A DNA stretch of 64,000 nucleotides from Candidatus Latescibacterota bacterium (GCA_965203355.1 OZ241889.1:1344001-1408000), one strand, 5' to 3'; numbered from the stretch's first letter, positions 8,911 to 19,887 are shown. Notes: a model not told the origin generated them from the sequence alone. Program-made: numbers and translations.

Positions 8911-11550
8911 ATGAGGCTGACAACCCTTTGTAGCAGATGGCCAATTTTACTGTTGTGGTGTGCGTTTGTACTCTCGGAGTCTAAGGTTTTCGCCCAGCTA
9001 TCTACGGGCTTTCGGCCGGTTGAGGAGCCGGGAATTCGCGGGGTGCGCATCCATCCCGGAGCCTTGGCACCCAATCGGCGTAAGTGGTACTTGCCACAGA
9101 ACCTGTACTACGAATACCAGTGGCGCGGCTGGGAGTACAGCAACTACGCACGCGATCACTACACGCGCTACGTGAACATCCTGCTCGAAGGCACCCGCAA
9201 TTACAACCTCTTCGGCCAGTACATCAACCGCGGTTGGGTCATCTACGACTGGACCGAAACCAGCCCTCTGCGCCAAGGCAGTGCCCTCTTGAAAGGCACC
9301 CGATTTGGCCGCTGGTTCGATAGCCTCGTCATCTCGTCGGCCAGCCACGGCCAGTTCCACACCTCCCTGACAGTGGGCGATGCCATTCGCACGACGCTCA
9401 CTCCCCTGACCTTCTCCAAGCCCACGTTTAATGGGTTGCAGTGGGATTTTCTCGCCGACAAGTACGCGCTGACCTTGCTCGGCTCGCGGCTCAATGCGCC
9501 GGGGTTTACCGCGCTCAACGAAGCGGGCGGGGCTTCGGTGCTCGAAAACACGACCCGCCTGCTCGGGGCGCGCGGCGTAGCCCAAGTGGGCGATTTCGCC
9601 AAGCTGGGCCTGACGTGGGTCAATGTGTCCAATACCAGCAGCGAACTGAGCCTCGGCGACAACTCGCTCAAGGGCCTGCTGACCGGCCCCCAGAACACGG
9701 GCAATGTCGAGCGGGTTATCATCCGCATTGCAGACGACTCGCCCGAATCCGAGCAAACCGGTGCTTCGTTTTTCGTCGATCAGGTGATCATAGATGGGGA
9801 GCTGCACCCAGAAATCGCGCCCTTGGTGCGCGGCGGCGTACGGCGCGAGGGCATTTTGGAGGTGAGCGGATCGGACGTAATTGAGCTTATCTACGACATT
9901 CGCAACGATTTTAGCCCCACCGAAAAAGTGGGCACCTTCCGCGAGGCCAAGAAGCTCGAATTCGAGCTGGTAGTGTCCAACGACTACCGCATAGAGATCG
10001 CCTCCAACCTCCAGACCAATGTGCGGGGCGAGCAGGTCTTCTTGCCGGTGGCCCAAGCCCGCGACGAAATAACCGATGGATCCAATCAGACCTTTGTGCG
10101 CTTTGCCTATGGCCTGCCGACCGGGCACGAAGTGATCGGCATGGATCTGGAACTAATTAACCTCGCCCACTTCGACCTGCGGGCCGAATGGGCCCTCAAC
10201 CGCCGCTTTCGCCGCTTCCCCAACCAGAACTTCCGCAAGTTGCCCGCCTACAAGGAAACGGCCGAAGCTGGGTACATCACGGCTTCGTACCAGCGCTACC
10301 CCTTCTTTGCGTACGGCGAGGTGTTCTCCATAGATCCCGATTACAGCACCACGGCCTTTATCGCCGACCCGGGCGGGGTCATTGACTACGCCAGCGAGAC
10401 CCAAAACCTCTTTGAGTTTGTCGATGACAACGACGATCAAGACCGCTTCACCGACTGGCAACGCTATCGCCAGAGCCAAGGGTTTGGCGGCGAGGGCGGC
10501 TCGCTGGGCCGCGACACTGAGATTTTTCCCGGGCTGGACGAGAACAACGATTTTATCTCCGACTTCAACCAAAACCAGAACAGTCGCCCGGATTACGTCG
10601 AGCCTTTCCTCCGCTATCAGGTCGATCCGCCGGAGTTTCTCTTTGGCATGGACATGAACAACAACACGATCATCGACCGCTTTGAGGACGACCGCCTCCC
10701 CGACTACCCCTACGAACGCGACCATCGCGGCTACAACGCGTACGGAGGATTGAAAATCACCGAGAGCAGTCGGCTGACCGTCGGTCGGCTCGCCGAGCAC
10801 CAACTGAGCAGCGACCGCGAGAGCCGCTCCTTCTACGGGCTGTTGACCTTGGAAAAATCCTATCCTGGGCTGGATATCGCCCTTTTTGAACACGCCAAAT
10901 TAGTGGCCGACAATTTGCCCGAAGACCGCGTTGTCTGGCGCGATCCCATCGGCCTGACGGATTTTGAAGACCCCCTCGACAACCAAGATACCTTTGTCAA
11001 CGCGCTGTACTTGCAGGCCCGCTACTTCCGCGTCCGCAATCTGAACATCGAGGGTAAGCTGAAGTACGAGCGCTTCAACCAGCTCGGCGCACAGGCCAGC
11101 GAAAAACGCGACCGCTCGTTTTTGGGCCTGATCAACAAGGCCGACTACGCCATTCGTCCCAGCGCTCGGCTCTCTCTTTATCCCAAGTGGAAGAGCATGT
11201 ACCAGCGAGAAACGCCCACCGCGCTGGCCGGTTTGCAGGCCAACGAACTGACCGAGAGCTTTTTCTTTTTAGGGCAATACGCGCTCCTGCCGCAGACGCA
11301 CTTGGACTTCGGCGTTGAATTCAGTCTTTTCGAGAACCTTATTGCGCGTCCAGCCGAGGCGTCTCCGAGCTATGTCGAGGACTTCCGCAGCCTGGTGTTT
11401 TCGGTGCTGCTGACCAATGTGTCGTCCTATCAAGGGTACGAGTTGACCATGAACGCTGGCTTCCTGCTAGAGCGCCAGTTTTTCGCCGAACAGACCCAGA
11501 AGCAATCGATCGTCTTCGTCCGCCTCTTCGCTGCCACCGGCGGGGTATAG
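8911..11550 (+). CDS. Large secreted, probably outer-membrane beta-rich hypothetical protein
   Basis: Signal peptide; GGAG RBS; acidic DxNxxD-like loops (DDNDDQD, GLDENNDF, DMNNN); amphipathic beta pattern at the C-terminus. Confidence 0.7.
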   Translation: MRLTTLCSRWPILLLWCAFVLSESKVFAQLSTGFRPVEEPGIRGVRIHPGALAPNRRKWYLPQNLYYEYQWRGWEYSNYARDHYTRYVNILLEGTRNYNLFGQYINRGWVIYDWTETSPLRQGSALLKGTRFGRWFDSLVISSASHGQFHTSLTVGDAIRTTLTPLTFSKPTFNGLQWDFLADKYALTLLGSRLNAPGFTALNEAGGASVLENTTRLLGARGVAQVGDFAKLGLTWVNVSNTSSELSLGDNSLKGLLTGPQNTGNVERVIIRIADDSPESEQTGASFFVDQVIIDGELHPEIAPLVRGGVRREGILEVSGSDVIELIYDIRNDFSPTEKVGTFREAKKLEFELVVSNDYRIEIASNLQTNVRGEQVFLPVAQARDEITDGSNQTFVRFAYGLPTGHEVIGMDLELINLAHFDLRAEWALNRRFRRFPNQNFRKLPAYKETAEAGYITASYQRYPFFAYGEVFSIDPDYSTTAFIADPGGVIDYASETQNLFEFVDDNDDQDRFTDWQRYRQSQGFGGEGGSLGRDTEIFPGLDENNDFISDFNQNQNSRPDYVEPFLRYQVDPPEFLFGMDMNNNTIIDRFEDDRLPDYPYERDHRGYNAYGGLKITESSRLTVGRLAEHQLSSDRESRSFYGLLTLEKSYPGLDIALFEHAKLVADNLPEDRVVWRDPIGLTDFEDPLDNQDTFVNALYLQARYFRVRNLNIEGKLKYERFNQLGAQASEKRDRSFLGLINKADYAIRPSARLSLYPKWKSMYQRETPTALAGLQANELTESFFFLGQYALLPQTHLDFGVEFSLFENLIARPAEASPSYVEDFRSLVFSVLLTNVSSYQGYELTMNAGFLLERQFFAEQTQKQSIVFVRLFAATGGV

Positions 11551-11553
11551 TCC

Positions 11554-13494
11554 TTGCACCCCCCAGCGGCTGGAGCCTTCACGCCCAAGGCGCTGATCCT
11601 CGGCTGCCTGTTCACGTTTTTCGTGGCTGCGGGCGACTCGTATGGGGTTTTCTATCTGCGCGGCTCGTATATGACGCTGGGGACCAGCACGGTCGGTGCC
11701 CTGTTCTTGCTGTTATTCCTCGCTGGTTTGATCAACCCGCTGCTGAAGCTGGTCCATCCGCGAGCCGGGCTGAACCGCGGCGAACTCCTGCTCATTTATA
11801 TAATGATGGTCATGGCCTCGCCCCTGCCGGTGTTTTTTGCTGGCCGGTTCATCGGCACGATTCTCACGCCCTTTTACTTTGCCACGCCGGAAAACGACTG
11901 GCACACGCTCATCCAACCCCACCTAGCCGACTGGTTGGAGCCGCGCGACCTAAGCGTCATGGGGCCTTTTTACGAGGGTTTGGAGCAGGGGCAGGCCATC
12001 CCGTGGGCTGGCTGGCTACCGATTTTTTTGCGCTGGGCACCTTTTGTCTGGGCTTTATTCTTGGCGATGATTGCCGCGATGGCGATTCTGCGCAAGCAGT
12101 GGAACGACTACGAGCGGCTGACCTATCCGCTCGTCCAAGTGCCAATGGCCCTCACCGAGCAGGACGCCGGGGGGAAGCGCATGGCCCCATTCTTCAAAAA
12201 CCCGGTGATGTGGACAGGCTTTGCCGTGCCGGCCGTCTGGGGCACCCTGCACGGGCTACACAACTACTTCCCGGCGACCGTACCCATCGCCACTAATGTA
12301 GATCCCATCCACTTCATCTTGCCCATCTTCGACAATCTGTCCGAACTGCAATTCAAATTCCGCTTCAACATTTTGGGATTTTTTTATTTCCTCAAGACCG
12401 AAATCGCCTTCAGCCTGTGGTTTTTCAACCTCTTCGCCAATGCCTTGCGCACCACATTCGCCGTTTTAGGCGTCACCAGTTCGGAGATGCTGGGGGATGG
12501 ACACTCGATCATCGATCCGATTCTCGTCCACCAGTCGATGGGCGGCATGCTGGTGCTGTTTCTATTTGGCTTGTTCGCAGCCCGCAAGCACCTGCGGGTG
12601 GTCTGCCGCAAGGCCCTTTGGGGAGACCCGACGGTAGATGACTCCGGCGAAATCCTCTCCTACCGGACAGCCGTGCTCATCTTGCTGGGCAGCAGCGCGG
12701 TGATGGTCGCATGGCTCTCGCTGGCGGGCCTGCCCGTCTGGGTTGCCCTAGCTTTTCTCTTTACGGTGGCCGCGCTCTTTGTGGGGTTTACGCGCCTAAT
12801 CGCCGAAGGGGGACTTTCGGACGGTTCGGTCCCGGTCGGCCCGGCCGCTATCGTCGTCTCCGCGGTTGGCTCGTCAGCCATCGGTGCTCAGGGTTTGGTT
12901 GTGCTGGCGACGACTTATTTTTGGACGATTGGGCGCAGTTTCGCCATGACGTCAGCCGCTAACAGTCTCAAATTGAGCGAGGGCTTTGGCGGTTCAAAAC
13001 GCCCGCTATTCTGGGCGATGCTCTTGGCCATGGCCGTCGGACTGGTCTCGTCGATGTGGGTGGTCGTGGAACTGGGCTATTCCTACGGGGCGCTCAACCT
13101 GAAAATTCCCGGGGGAAAGCACGGGTTTTACGACTATGCCGCTGGTTTGATTCGCACGCCGAGCGAGCCGCATCTGTGGGGTTGGATCAACACCGGGATT
13201 GGGGCCACCGCGATGCTGCTGTTGATGCTGGCGCGCTGGTACTATGTCTGGTGGCCCCTGCATCCCCTCGGCTATCCCATCGGCCCGACCGTAATTATGG
13301 ATCACCTCTGGTTCGACATGTTCTTGGCTTGGCTGATCAAGGTATCGGTGCTGCGCTACGGTGGCGTGGCACTCTACCGCCGGACGCGCCCCTTTTTCAT
13401 GGGCATGATCGCCGGGCACATTGTGCCGGGGGGCCTTTTTCTTTTCGTCGATCACTTTACCGGCATGGTTGGCAACGTGATTTTCTGGGGTTGA
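11554..13494 (+). CDS. DUF6785/DUF6784-type polytopic membrane protein (putative transporter)
   Basis: Many TM segments; motifs YFATPENDW, LRKQW..ERLTYPL, WWPLHPLGY, LRYGG...RPFFMG; exact start uncertain. Confidence 0.8.
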   Translation: MHPPAAGAFTPKALILGCLFTFFVAAGDSYGVFYLRGSYMTLGTSTVGALFLLLFLAGLINPLLKLVHPRAGLNRGELLLIYIMMVMASPLPVFFAGRFIGTILTPFYFATPENDWHTLIQPHLADWLEPRDLSVMGPFYEGLEQGQAIPWAGWLPIFLRWAPFVWALFLAMIAAMAILRKQWNDYERLTYPLVQVPMALTEQDAGGKRMAPFFKNPVMWTGFAVPAVWGTLHGLHNYFPATVPIATNVDPIHFILPIFDNLSELQFKFRFNILGFFYFLKTEIAFSLWFFNLFANALRTTFAVLGVTSSEMLGDGHSIIDPILVHQSMGGMLVLFLFGLFAARKHLRVVCRKALWGDPTVDDSGEILSYRTAVLILLGSSAVMVAWLSLAGLPVWVALAFLFTVAALFVGFTRLIAEGGLSDGSVPVGPAAIVVSAVGSSAIGAQGLVVLATTYFWTIGRSFAMTSAANSLKLSEGFGGSKRPLFWAMLLAMAVGLVSSMWVVVELGYSYGALNLKIPGGKHGFYDYAAGLIRTPSEPHLWGWINTGIGATAMLLLMLARWYYVWWPLHPLGYPIGPTVIMDHLWFDMFLAWLIKVSVLRYGGVALYRRTRPFFMGMIAGHIVPGGLFLFVDHFTGMVGNVIFWG

Positions 13495-13534
13495 GGTTCT
13501 GTGTGAGAACGGGCTATATTTCGCTAATCAATAC

Positions 13535-15481
13535 GTGAGGAAATGGCTTGTGTCCGCTTTCAAATCGCTATCTGCCTCTAAAGCACTGATTGTAGTCGCG
13601 TGGTTGGCCGCAGCCGCAGCGGGCGAGGTGCGGCAGTGGGAATTAGGCGGCGCGGGTCGCTCTTGGAAGGGCGACGAGCTAAATTCTACGGCCATCAGCT
13701 TCGATGTAGCCGGGGCCATTCAGCTGGTAGGTTTTAATCCCGACGATAACATCGTCCGGCAGCTAAAATGGACCGAGGGCTTTCCCTTGGACTTCGTCGG
13801 TGAAGTGGCCGAGGCACGGGTGTGGGACAACGTGCCCTTTAAGCAGACCAATGCCCCGCTCGTCGATGGCGACATGCAGACCTCCAGCGAAAATCGCTTC
13901 AAGGAATTTGGGGTGCTGCAAGCGGGCCGGGCCTTTTTCTTTGATCTAAGTACGCGCTTCCCCATCAACCGCATTTCGTTTTTCCCGCGCCTACAAGGGG
14001 CCGATAGCCGCGGGCGGCCCTTTGCCGATGACTTTATTCGCGGCTATAAAATTCAGGTCAGCGACGGCGTGAGCTTCACGCCGGAAGATCTGCCGGTGTA
14101 CAACCTGCTGACTCAAGTGGATTTCACTACGGAAAGCGTGGCGCAAATTCCCTTCCCATTGCAATTTGTCCGCTACATCCAGCTCAACGTGACCTCGACC
14201 AATCCCTTTGAGATAGCCGAGTTTGAGGTGTACGGGGCGGGCTTTCCGCCAGAGGGGCGCTATCGGTCCAAGATCATCGACTTGGGCGCAGTGGCCAACT
14301 TCAGCCGCCTGCTGTGGACGGCTGAGACCTTGCGCCAGCAAGACGCTCGCATCGTCGTCGAGCCGACAGCCAACGCGGATGTCTCCGTTCGCATGCGCAC
14401 CGGCCGCGACGATACCCCGCAGGTGTTCTACGAGATAGTCAATGTTTTCACCGGCGACGTGCAGGAAGTTTCGGAGGGAGACTACGGTCGGTTGGGTCTG
14501 AACGTGCGCGGCTCGGTCGAAGACGACCGAGTCAACTGGAGCGAGTGGTCGCCGCCCTTTGCCGAGTCCGGCCAGCGGATTGAGCTGCCGAGTCCGCGTC
14601 GTTTTTTCCAGCTCGAAATCGCACTCACCAGTCACTCCATCCTCGACGGCATACGGGTCAACTCGCTGGTGGTTGAGCACTCCATCCCACCGTTGGCCCA
14701 GCAGCTTATAGGGGAGATCTCCGCGCTGGAAACCCCCCGCCCCTTGGGCAACAAACCCCGAGTGCCAGCCGGGGCACTGTCGACCTTTGCCTACGACATC
14801 CGCGCCGACATAAGCGAGACGGATGTGGGCTTTGACGCCTTGGAGATATTCACGCCCGCTAGGCCGCAGTTCAAGGAAATGTTCACGGGCGATCCGCCCG
14901 TCGCCACCACGCCCGACAGCGTCGTCGAGGGCGAGAGGAGCCTGAAGCTATTCTTTCCCAGTCAACGGCTGACGCACCAATCGCCGCGTGTGCTGCGCGT
15001 CGTGTTCGACGCCGAAGTCTTCGTCCAATCCACGTTCTTTCGCGCCCGAGTCTTCGACACTCAAAGTGCCGAGTCCCCGCAGCAGGTCCTGCCCGGGGAC
15101 GCCAACCCCACGGTCTTGACCAACGACCTGCGCGTACTGACCACAGCCGCTTCAGCACGCAACCTGCTCCCGCTTTTTGCGGCGCGACCGGCCGCGATAA
15201 CGCCCAATGGCGATGGGGTCAACGAGCGCGTGACCATTTCCTGTACTTTGGTCCAGCTCCAGCAGCCCGTCCAGTTGGCCGTGCAGATTTTTTCGCTTGA
15301 AGGCCAGCGGGTGCGCACCTTGTTTACGGGCGTACGCAGCAGCGGATCTTTTGCTTGGGAATGGGACGGCCGCGACGACAGCGACAACTTGGTTCCCGTG
15401 GGGATTTACCTCGCCAAGGTGACGGCCGACGCCGAGCGCGAGCGCTTCACGCGCCTCGGCGTGGTGGGCGTTGTCTATTAA
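13535..15481 (+). CDS. Secreted protein with C-terminal FlgD-Ig/CHU_C-like domain
   Basis: Signal peptide; RMRTGRD, WSEWSPP, SPRRFFQ; ITPNGDGVNE; WDGRDDSDNLVPVGIY. Confidence 0.8.
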   Translation: MRKWLVSAFKSLSASKALIVVAWLAAAAAGEVRQWELGGAGRSWKGDELNSTAISFDVAGAIQLVGFNPDDNIVRQLKWTEGFPLDFVGEVAEARVWDNVPFKQTNAPLVDGDMQTSSENRFKEFGVLQAGRAFFFDLSTRFPINRISFFPRLQGADSRGRPFADDFIRGYKIQVSDGVSFTPEDLPVYNLLTQVDFTTESVAQIPFPLQFVRYIQLNVTSTNPFEIAEFEVYGAGFPPEGRYRSKIIDLGAVANFSRLLWTAETLRQQDARIVVEPTANADVSVRMRTGRDDTPQVFYEIVNVFTGDVQEVSEGDYGRLGLNVRGSVEDDRVNWSEWSPPFAESGQRIELPSPRRFFQLEIALTSHSILDGIRVNSLVVEHSIPPLAQQLIGEISALETPRPLGNKPRVPAGALSTFAYDIRADISETDVGFDALEIFTPARPQFKEMFTGDPPVATTPDSVVEGERSLKLFFPSQRLTHQSPRVLRVVFDAEVFVQSTFFRARVFDTQSAESPQQVLPGDANPTVLTNDLRVLTTAASARNLLPLFAARPAAITPNGDGVNERVTISCTLVQLQQPVQLAVQIFSLEGQRVRTLFTGVRSSGSFAWEWDGRDDSDNLVPVGIYLAKVTADAERERFTRLGVVGVVY

Positions 15482-15494
15482 AAAAGGAGAGGCC

Positions 15495-17870
15495 ATGCAG
15501 CGCATTGGCTCGCACCGAACGTTCCTACTCTTCGCGGGCTTGGCGGCTCTCGCGCTGGCGGCGAACGCCCAGACTCGGCGCACCAATCTGGAGGTGTACC
15601 GGGTGGATCGCCAAGCCGAGTGGCAGCAGTGGGCCTTCCCGTCCGGTACGCTCTCGTTTTCCCCAGATGGCTCGGTGACTCCCGTCGAATTCAAGGGCGA
15701 GCACAATGCTGCGGCCAACGCTGGAGAATTCACCCACGAGCTAGTGAGCGGCCAACAGATGCGCGGCGGCGCGTGGAAGGCCGGCACCAACCTCGCAACG
15801 GCCGGCCGGGCCATAGACGGCCGCGCCCACACCTTCTGGCAACCCGACCCGGATGCCCCCTTAGAGGACTGGTGGATCGAGATAAACTTAGGAAGGGCCG
15901 TACTCGTGTCGGAGATTCGCCTCATTTTTCCCGATCAAGAGGGCGCGCGACCTTTCCGCGAGTTTCGCGTCTTCGGCTCCGAGGGCCGGCGCGTGACGCG
16001 CCAAGACATATTCTCTTTTTACCTGATAGGCGGCACCACCAAGCCCATTGACGAGACTGAGGTGATTTACGATGTGAAGCCGCTAGTGCGGGAGGTGAAA
16101 CGGGTGCGGGGAGCACGCGAGGAGGGCACTGCGGACGCTACCTATGATTTGCTGCAATTCATAAGGATTTTGGTGGATGCCAAGACGCCGGACGCCGCCC
16201 TTGCCGAGGTGGAAGTGTACACGCTCGGGGAAAATATCGCTTTGCAGACCCTAGCGCGCGGTGGCGCGATTCAGGAGCGCGTAGGGCGGGGATTTGCCTT
16301 CAACATGGCCGATGGCAACGCCAATACCGATTGGGGAGCACGGCGGGAGCGCGGCCAAGATCCCATCGCTTGGGACTGGGACTTGGGCGCATTGTTCTGG
16401 GTGGATCGGATCGTGATGCGCACTTCGGATTTTCTCCTCCGCACCCTGACGTACGGATCCAATTTGCCCCAAATTCGCACTCACAGCTTGAGCGTTTCCA
16501 ACGGTCGCCGCACCCTGACGGGCGAAGTCGATTTCGATCCGCTCTTCGTCGGCGATACAGATGCCTTGCTCGCGTCCTCGACTGAGTTCCCCGGCCAATT
16601 GACGTATCTTTTTGAGCCGCGCCCTGTGCGCTTTATCGCGGCCGAATGGGTCGGTGGTGGCTCGCAGTCCAGCTTCCAGTTCCAGAGCGGCTTTTTGATA
16701 GAGACGCTCGTGTTTGCAGTGGGCCACGTGGCCCAAGTGGAGATGAGTTCGGACTTCATCGACTTGGGGAAGATCTCTGGCGACAATCGGGCGAAGGTGA
16801 TCAAATCCCTGCGCTGGGAAGCCGATCTGCCCCCGGGAGCACGCATTCAGGTGCGCACCCGCTCGGGCAACGAGTTGCAAGAAAATTTTCGCTATTTTCG
16901 CAAGGATGGCACCGAAGTAACGGCCGAGCAATACGACCAGATGGCAAAGGCACTGCGGGGCGAGATCCAAAGCACTATCGGCATTGGCGAGGATTGGAGC
17001 GAGTGGAGCAACTTTTACCAGCGTTCCGGCGAGCAGTTTCTGTCGCCCAGCCCGCGCCGCTTCGTCCAAGTCCAGCTCATCCTCAGCTCAGACCGCCCGA
17101 CCACCGCGCCGACCGTGCGCGCCTTGGAGATCGAATTTACCGACGCCTTCCTCGGCGGTGTCACCGGCGAGATGCTTCCACGCACAGCCGAGGCGGGTGT
17201 GTCCCAACTTTTCTCGTTTCACATCACGCCGGAATTCGAGTCGCGCAATCCCGGTTTTGATCGCATTCTCCTGCAGACCCCCTCGCCCGCCGACCCTGCC
17301 GCGCTCGTCCTCACCATAGACGGTGCCGAAGCCGACCCGACCGCCGTGCGCGTCGCCGGCGATTCGCTGCTCGTGGAGTTGTCGCGTACCGTGCGGCGCG
17401 AGGAGGTCGCGCTGTCGTTCAGCACGGTCGTAGAGCGCAACGCCACGCTCTTCCGGGCCTTCATCGGCCGCGCGGGGCAGCCCGCGGTATGGCAGCCGGT
17501 CGATCCAGTGCGCCGCGCTGCTACGACCGTGTATTTGCCCAGTGTCCCGGGTGCTGATCGGTTGATCGCCAATCTCGCGGTGCAATCGTTCATCAGTCCC
17601 AACGGAGACGGAATCGGCGACGCCGCGGAAATCCGCTTCCACGTCCTGAAGACGGACGCGCCCGCTGAAGTGCGGATCTACACCCTTGATGGTCGGCTCG
17701 TCCGCGTTCTTGAGGGGCAGCGCCAGCCCGACTGGTCCTACCTCTACACTTGGACCGGCCAAGACCAAGACGAGCGCGTAGTCCGGCCGGGTTCGTACCT
17801 ATGCCGGGTGGGGGTAGAAGCCCAAGCCGGGGCCGTGAGCCGACACCGCATCATCAGTGTGGCTTACTAA
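15495..17870 (+). CDS. Secreted discoidin-like + FlgD-Ig domain protein
   Basis: AGGAG RBS; signal peptide; AIDG...TFW...WIEINLG (discoidin-like); WSEWS, SPSPRRFVQ; ISPNGDG; WTGQDQDER. Confidence 0.8.
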   Translation: MQRIGSHRTFLLFAGLAALALAANAQTRRTNLEVYRVDRQAEWQQWAFPSGTLSFSPDGSVTPVEFKGEHNAAANAGEFTHELVSGQQMRGGAWKAGTNLATAGRAIDGRAHTFWQPDPDAPLEDWWIEINLGRAVLVSEIRLIFPDQEGARPFREFRVFGSEGRRVTRQDIFSFYLIGGTTKPIDETEVIYDVKPLVREVKRVRGAREEGTADATYDLLQFIRILVDAKTPDAALAEVEVYTLGENIALQTLARGGAIQERVGRGFAFNMADGNANTDWGARRERGQDPIAWDWDLGALFWVDRIVMRTSDFLLRTLTYGSNLPQIRTHSLSVSNGRRTLTGEVDFDPLFVGDTDALLASSTEFPGQLTYLFEPRPVRFIAAEWVGGGSQSSFQFQSGFLIETLVFAVGHVAQVEMSSDFIDLGKISGDNRAKVIKSLRWEADLPPGARIQVRTRSGNELQENFRYFRKDGTEVTAEQYDQMAKALRGEIQSTIGIGEDWSEWSNFYQRSGEQFLSPSPRRFVQVQLILSSDRPTTAPTVRALEIEFTDAFLGGVTGEMLPRTAEAGVSQLFSFHITPEFESRNPGFDRILLQTPSPADPAALVLTIDGAEADPTAVRVAGDSLLVELSRTVRREEVALSFSTVVERNATLFRAFIGRAGQPAVWQPVDPVRRAATTVYLPSVPGADRLIANLAVQSFISPNGDGIGDAAEIRFHVLKTDAPAEVRIYTLDGRLVRVLEGQRQPDWSYLYTWTGQDQDERVVRPGSYLCRVGVEAQAGAVSRHRIISVAY

Positions 17871-17964
17871 TACTTTATAGAAAAAAATTGGCGTATGCCT
17901 GTGGCGCAGGACGCGGTGTGGTAAGTGACCGGCGCGGCATACTTAAAAAAGGAGCGATTCGGCG

Positions 17965-18795
17965 ATGATCATTGATACGCACACGCATTTCTACGATCCG
18001 TTCCGCCCCCAAGGTGTGCCTTGGCCGGAAAAAGACGACGAGATTCTCTATCGGTGTACGCTGCCCGAAGACTACAAGGCCCTAGCCGTGCCCGAAGGCG
18101 TGACGAGCACGATCATGGTTGAGTGCAGCCCGTGGGTTGAGGACAATCAGTGGGTGCTTGACTTGGCTGCCGAGGATCCTTTCATCGTGGGATTGGTCGG
18201 CCACCTCGAACCTGACGACCCGGAGTTTGCCACTCATTTGGAACGCTTTGCCGTCGCTCCGGCTTTCGTCGGCATCCGCGCCCGCGTAGATGCCGCGGCA
18301 AGTCACGGCTTGGCCGCTGCTGAGATGCTAGTAGCCCATGATCTGGAACTAGATACAGGTTTACACGAAGGGGTGCCTGTGCTGGCGGAACGTTTTCCCG
18401 AATTGCGCATCGTCGTAAACCACATCGGCGGCATTCCCATTGATGGTGGCCCGCCCGATTCAGCGCGGCTGGAATTGATGCGTCAGGCCGCGGCCCATTC
18501 GCAGGTTTATTGTAAGGTGTCGGGGCTGATGGATTTGTGTAGCCAAGTCAAGCCAGCACCAACGGATATAGACTTTTACGCCCCGGTGCTCGACGCACTA
18601 TGGGGTATGTTCGGAGAGGACCGGCTGATTTACGGCAGCGATTGGCCGGTATCCGACCGCAGTGGCCGCGACTACGCAGACATACAGCGCTTGGTGATGA
18701 CGTATTTTACCGCTCGCGGCGCAGAGGCGACGGAGAAATATTTTTGGCGCAATGCCAAAGATGCCTATAAGTGGATTGACCGCGCCGACGCATAG
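17965..18795 (+). CDS. Amidohydrolase-2 family (sugar lactonase-like)
   Basis: IIDTHTH, VVNHIG, KVSGL, FGEDRLIYGSDWP. Confidence 0.9.
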   Translation: MIIDTHTHFYDPFRPQGVPWPEKDDEILYRCTLPEDYKALAVPEGVTSTIMVECSPWVEDNQWVLDLAAEDPFIVGLVGHLEPDDPEFATHLERFAVAPAFVGIRARVDAAASHGLAAAEMLVAHDLELDTGLHEGVPVLAERFPELRIVVNHIGGIPIDGGPPDSARLELMRQAAAHSQVYCKVSGLMDLCSQVKPAPTDIDFYAPVLDALWGMFGEDRLIYGSDWPVSDRSGRDYADIQRLVMTYFTARGAEATEKYFWRNAKDAYKWIDRADA

Positions 18796-18824
18796 CGATT
18801 AGAGAGACTAGCAAGGAGTCATTT

Positions 18825-19532
18825 ATGGCCAACATCGAAATCCCCATTCGCTACTACAAGGATTATCCCGGCGGGTACGACTATGGATACGAGACCTTGA
18901 CCCTGAATTTTGCCGAGTGCGCCTTTCTGTTGGTAGATGTCGATGGCCGCTCGCCCAATCCGACGACTAAGAACTTCATTGCGCCGGCTTTGCAAGCCGC
19001 CCGCGACCGCGGAATGCTGGTGAACTACGTCCACAACGATCTGCGTTTGGTGGCCGACCCTGGCAACATCGTGGGCGAGATTTGGGGCAAGACCAAGGGC
19101 GGCGGCAACGGCATTGCGAGCTGGGCGCGGCAAGAGTACAAACCAGCATACCTCGACTGCGTGGCACCTCGCGAGGGCGAGCGCAATTTTCCCAAGTGGA
19201 TCTGGAGCGGCTTCCACGACACTTTCTTGGACCAGCACTTGCGCAGCTATGGCATTAAGACGCTGTTCGTGGTTGGCTACAGTCGGCGGGCCTGCTTGCA
19301 CTACACCTGCGCCGAAGCCGTGGGGCGGAATTACCGCGTCATTCTCTTGCGCGATTGTTCCAATGCCCCCGGTACGATTGAGATGCCAGACACGCTAGAC
19401 GACAGCCTGCCGGAAGGTGGTTGGATCAACCGGATCACGCTGCGCAACTTTGAACATCTGATCGGTTATACTACTACGGCCGAGGAATTCATCGCGGCGT
19501 GCCAGCGGGTAGAGCAAGAAACTCGTCGCTAG
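18825..19532 (+). CDS. Isochorismatase-family cysteine hydrolase
   Basis: LLVDVD, K..WSGF.DT.LD..LRS.GI.TL, ACL..T (Asp-Lys-Cys triad). Confidence 0.85.
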   Translation: MANIEIPIRYYKDYPGGYDYGYETLTLNFAECAFLLVDVDGRSPNPTTKNFIAPALQAARDRGMLVNYVHNDLRLVADPGNIVGEIWGKTKGGGNGIASWARQEYKPAYLDCVAPREGERNFPKWIWSGFHDTFLDQHLRSYGIKTLFVVGYSRRACLHYTCAEAVGRNYRVILLRDCSNAPGTIEMPDTLDDSLPEGGWINRITLRNFEHLIGYTTTAEEFIAACQRVEQETRR

Positions 19533-19740
19533 CACTGCTGATTTGAACCGCGATCGAGGTGAACGGAATTAAAAGATTCGCTGTGGTGGTCTCGCAATCA
19601 GCGTCGAGAACTGGGATCCCGTGGACCGCTTTCTAACGATTCCATTCTCGACGATTTTTATCAAGAAGCCGCTCGCACTGTGGCGCAAGAAGTGTCGTTG
19701 TTGTTTGACTAAAAACGCTCGAGTACAAAAAGAGATTGAT

Positions 19741-19887
19741 ATGCAGCGTTCCACAACCGACACCAAGAGAGTGGCTGTCTGCCTGTTTCTCTCGGCGCTC
19801 CTGCATTTGGCTGTGGTCCTGTTGACTCCTTTCACACCCGAACCGCAACCGGCCTTTGAGGTAGTTTTTCGTCCGCCGCCGAGGTGA
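19741..19887 (+). pseudogene. N-terminal fragment of a TonB/TolA-like energy transducer
   Basis: Single TM helix with SALLH (SxxxH), followed by Pro-rich PFTPEPQP, then a stop at 48 aa. Confidence 0.45.
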
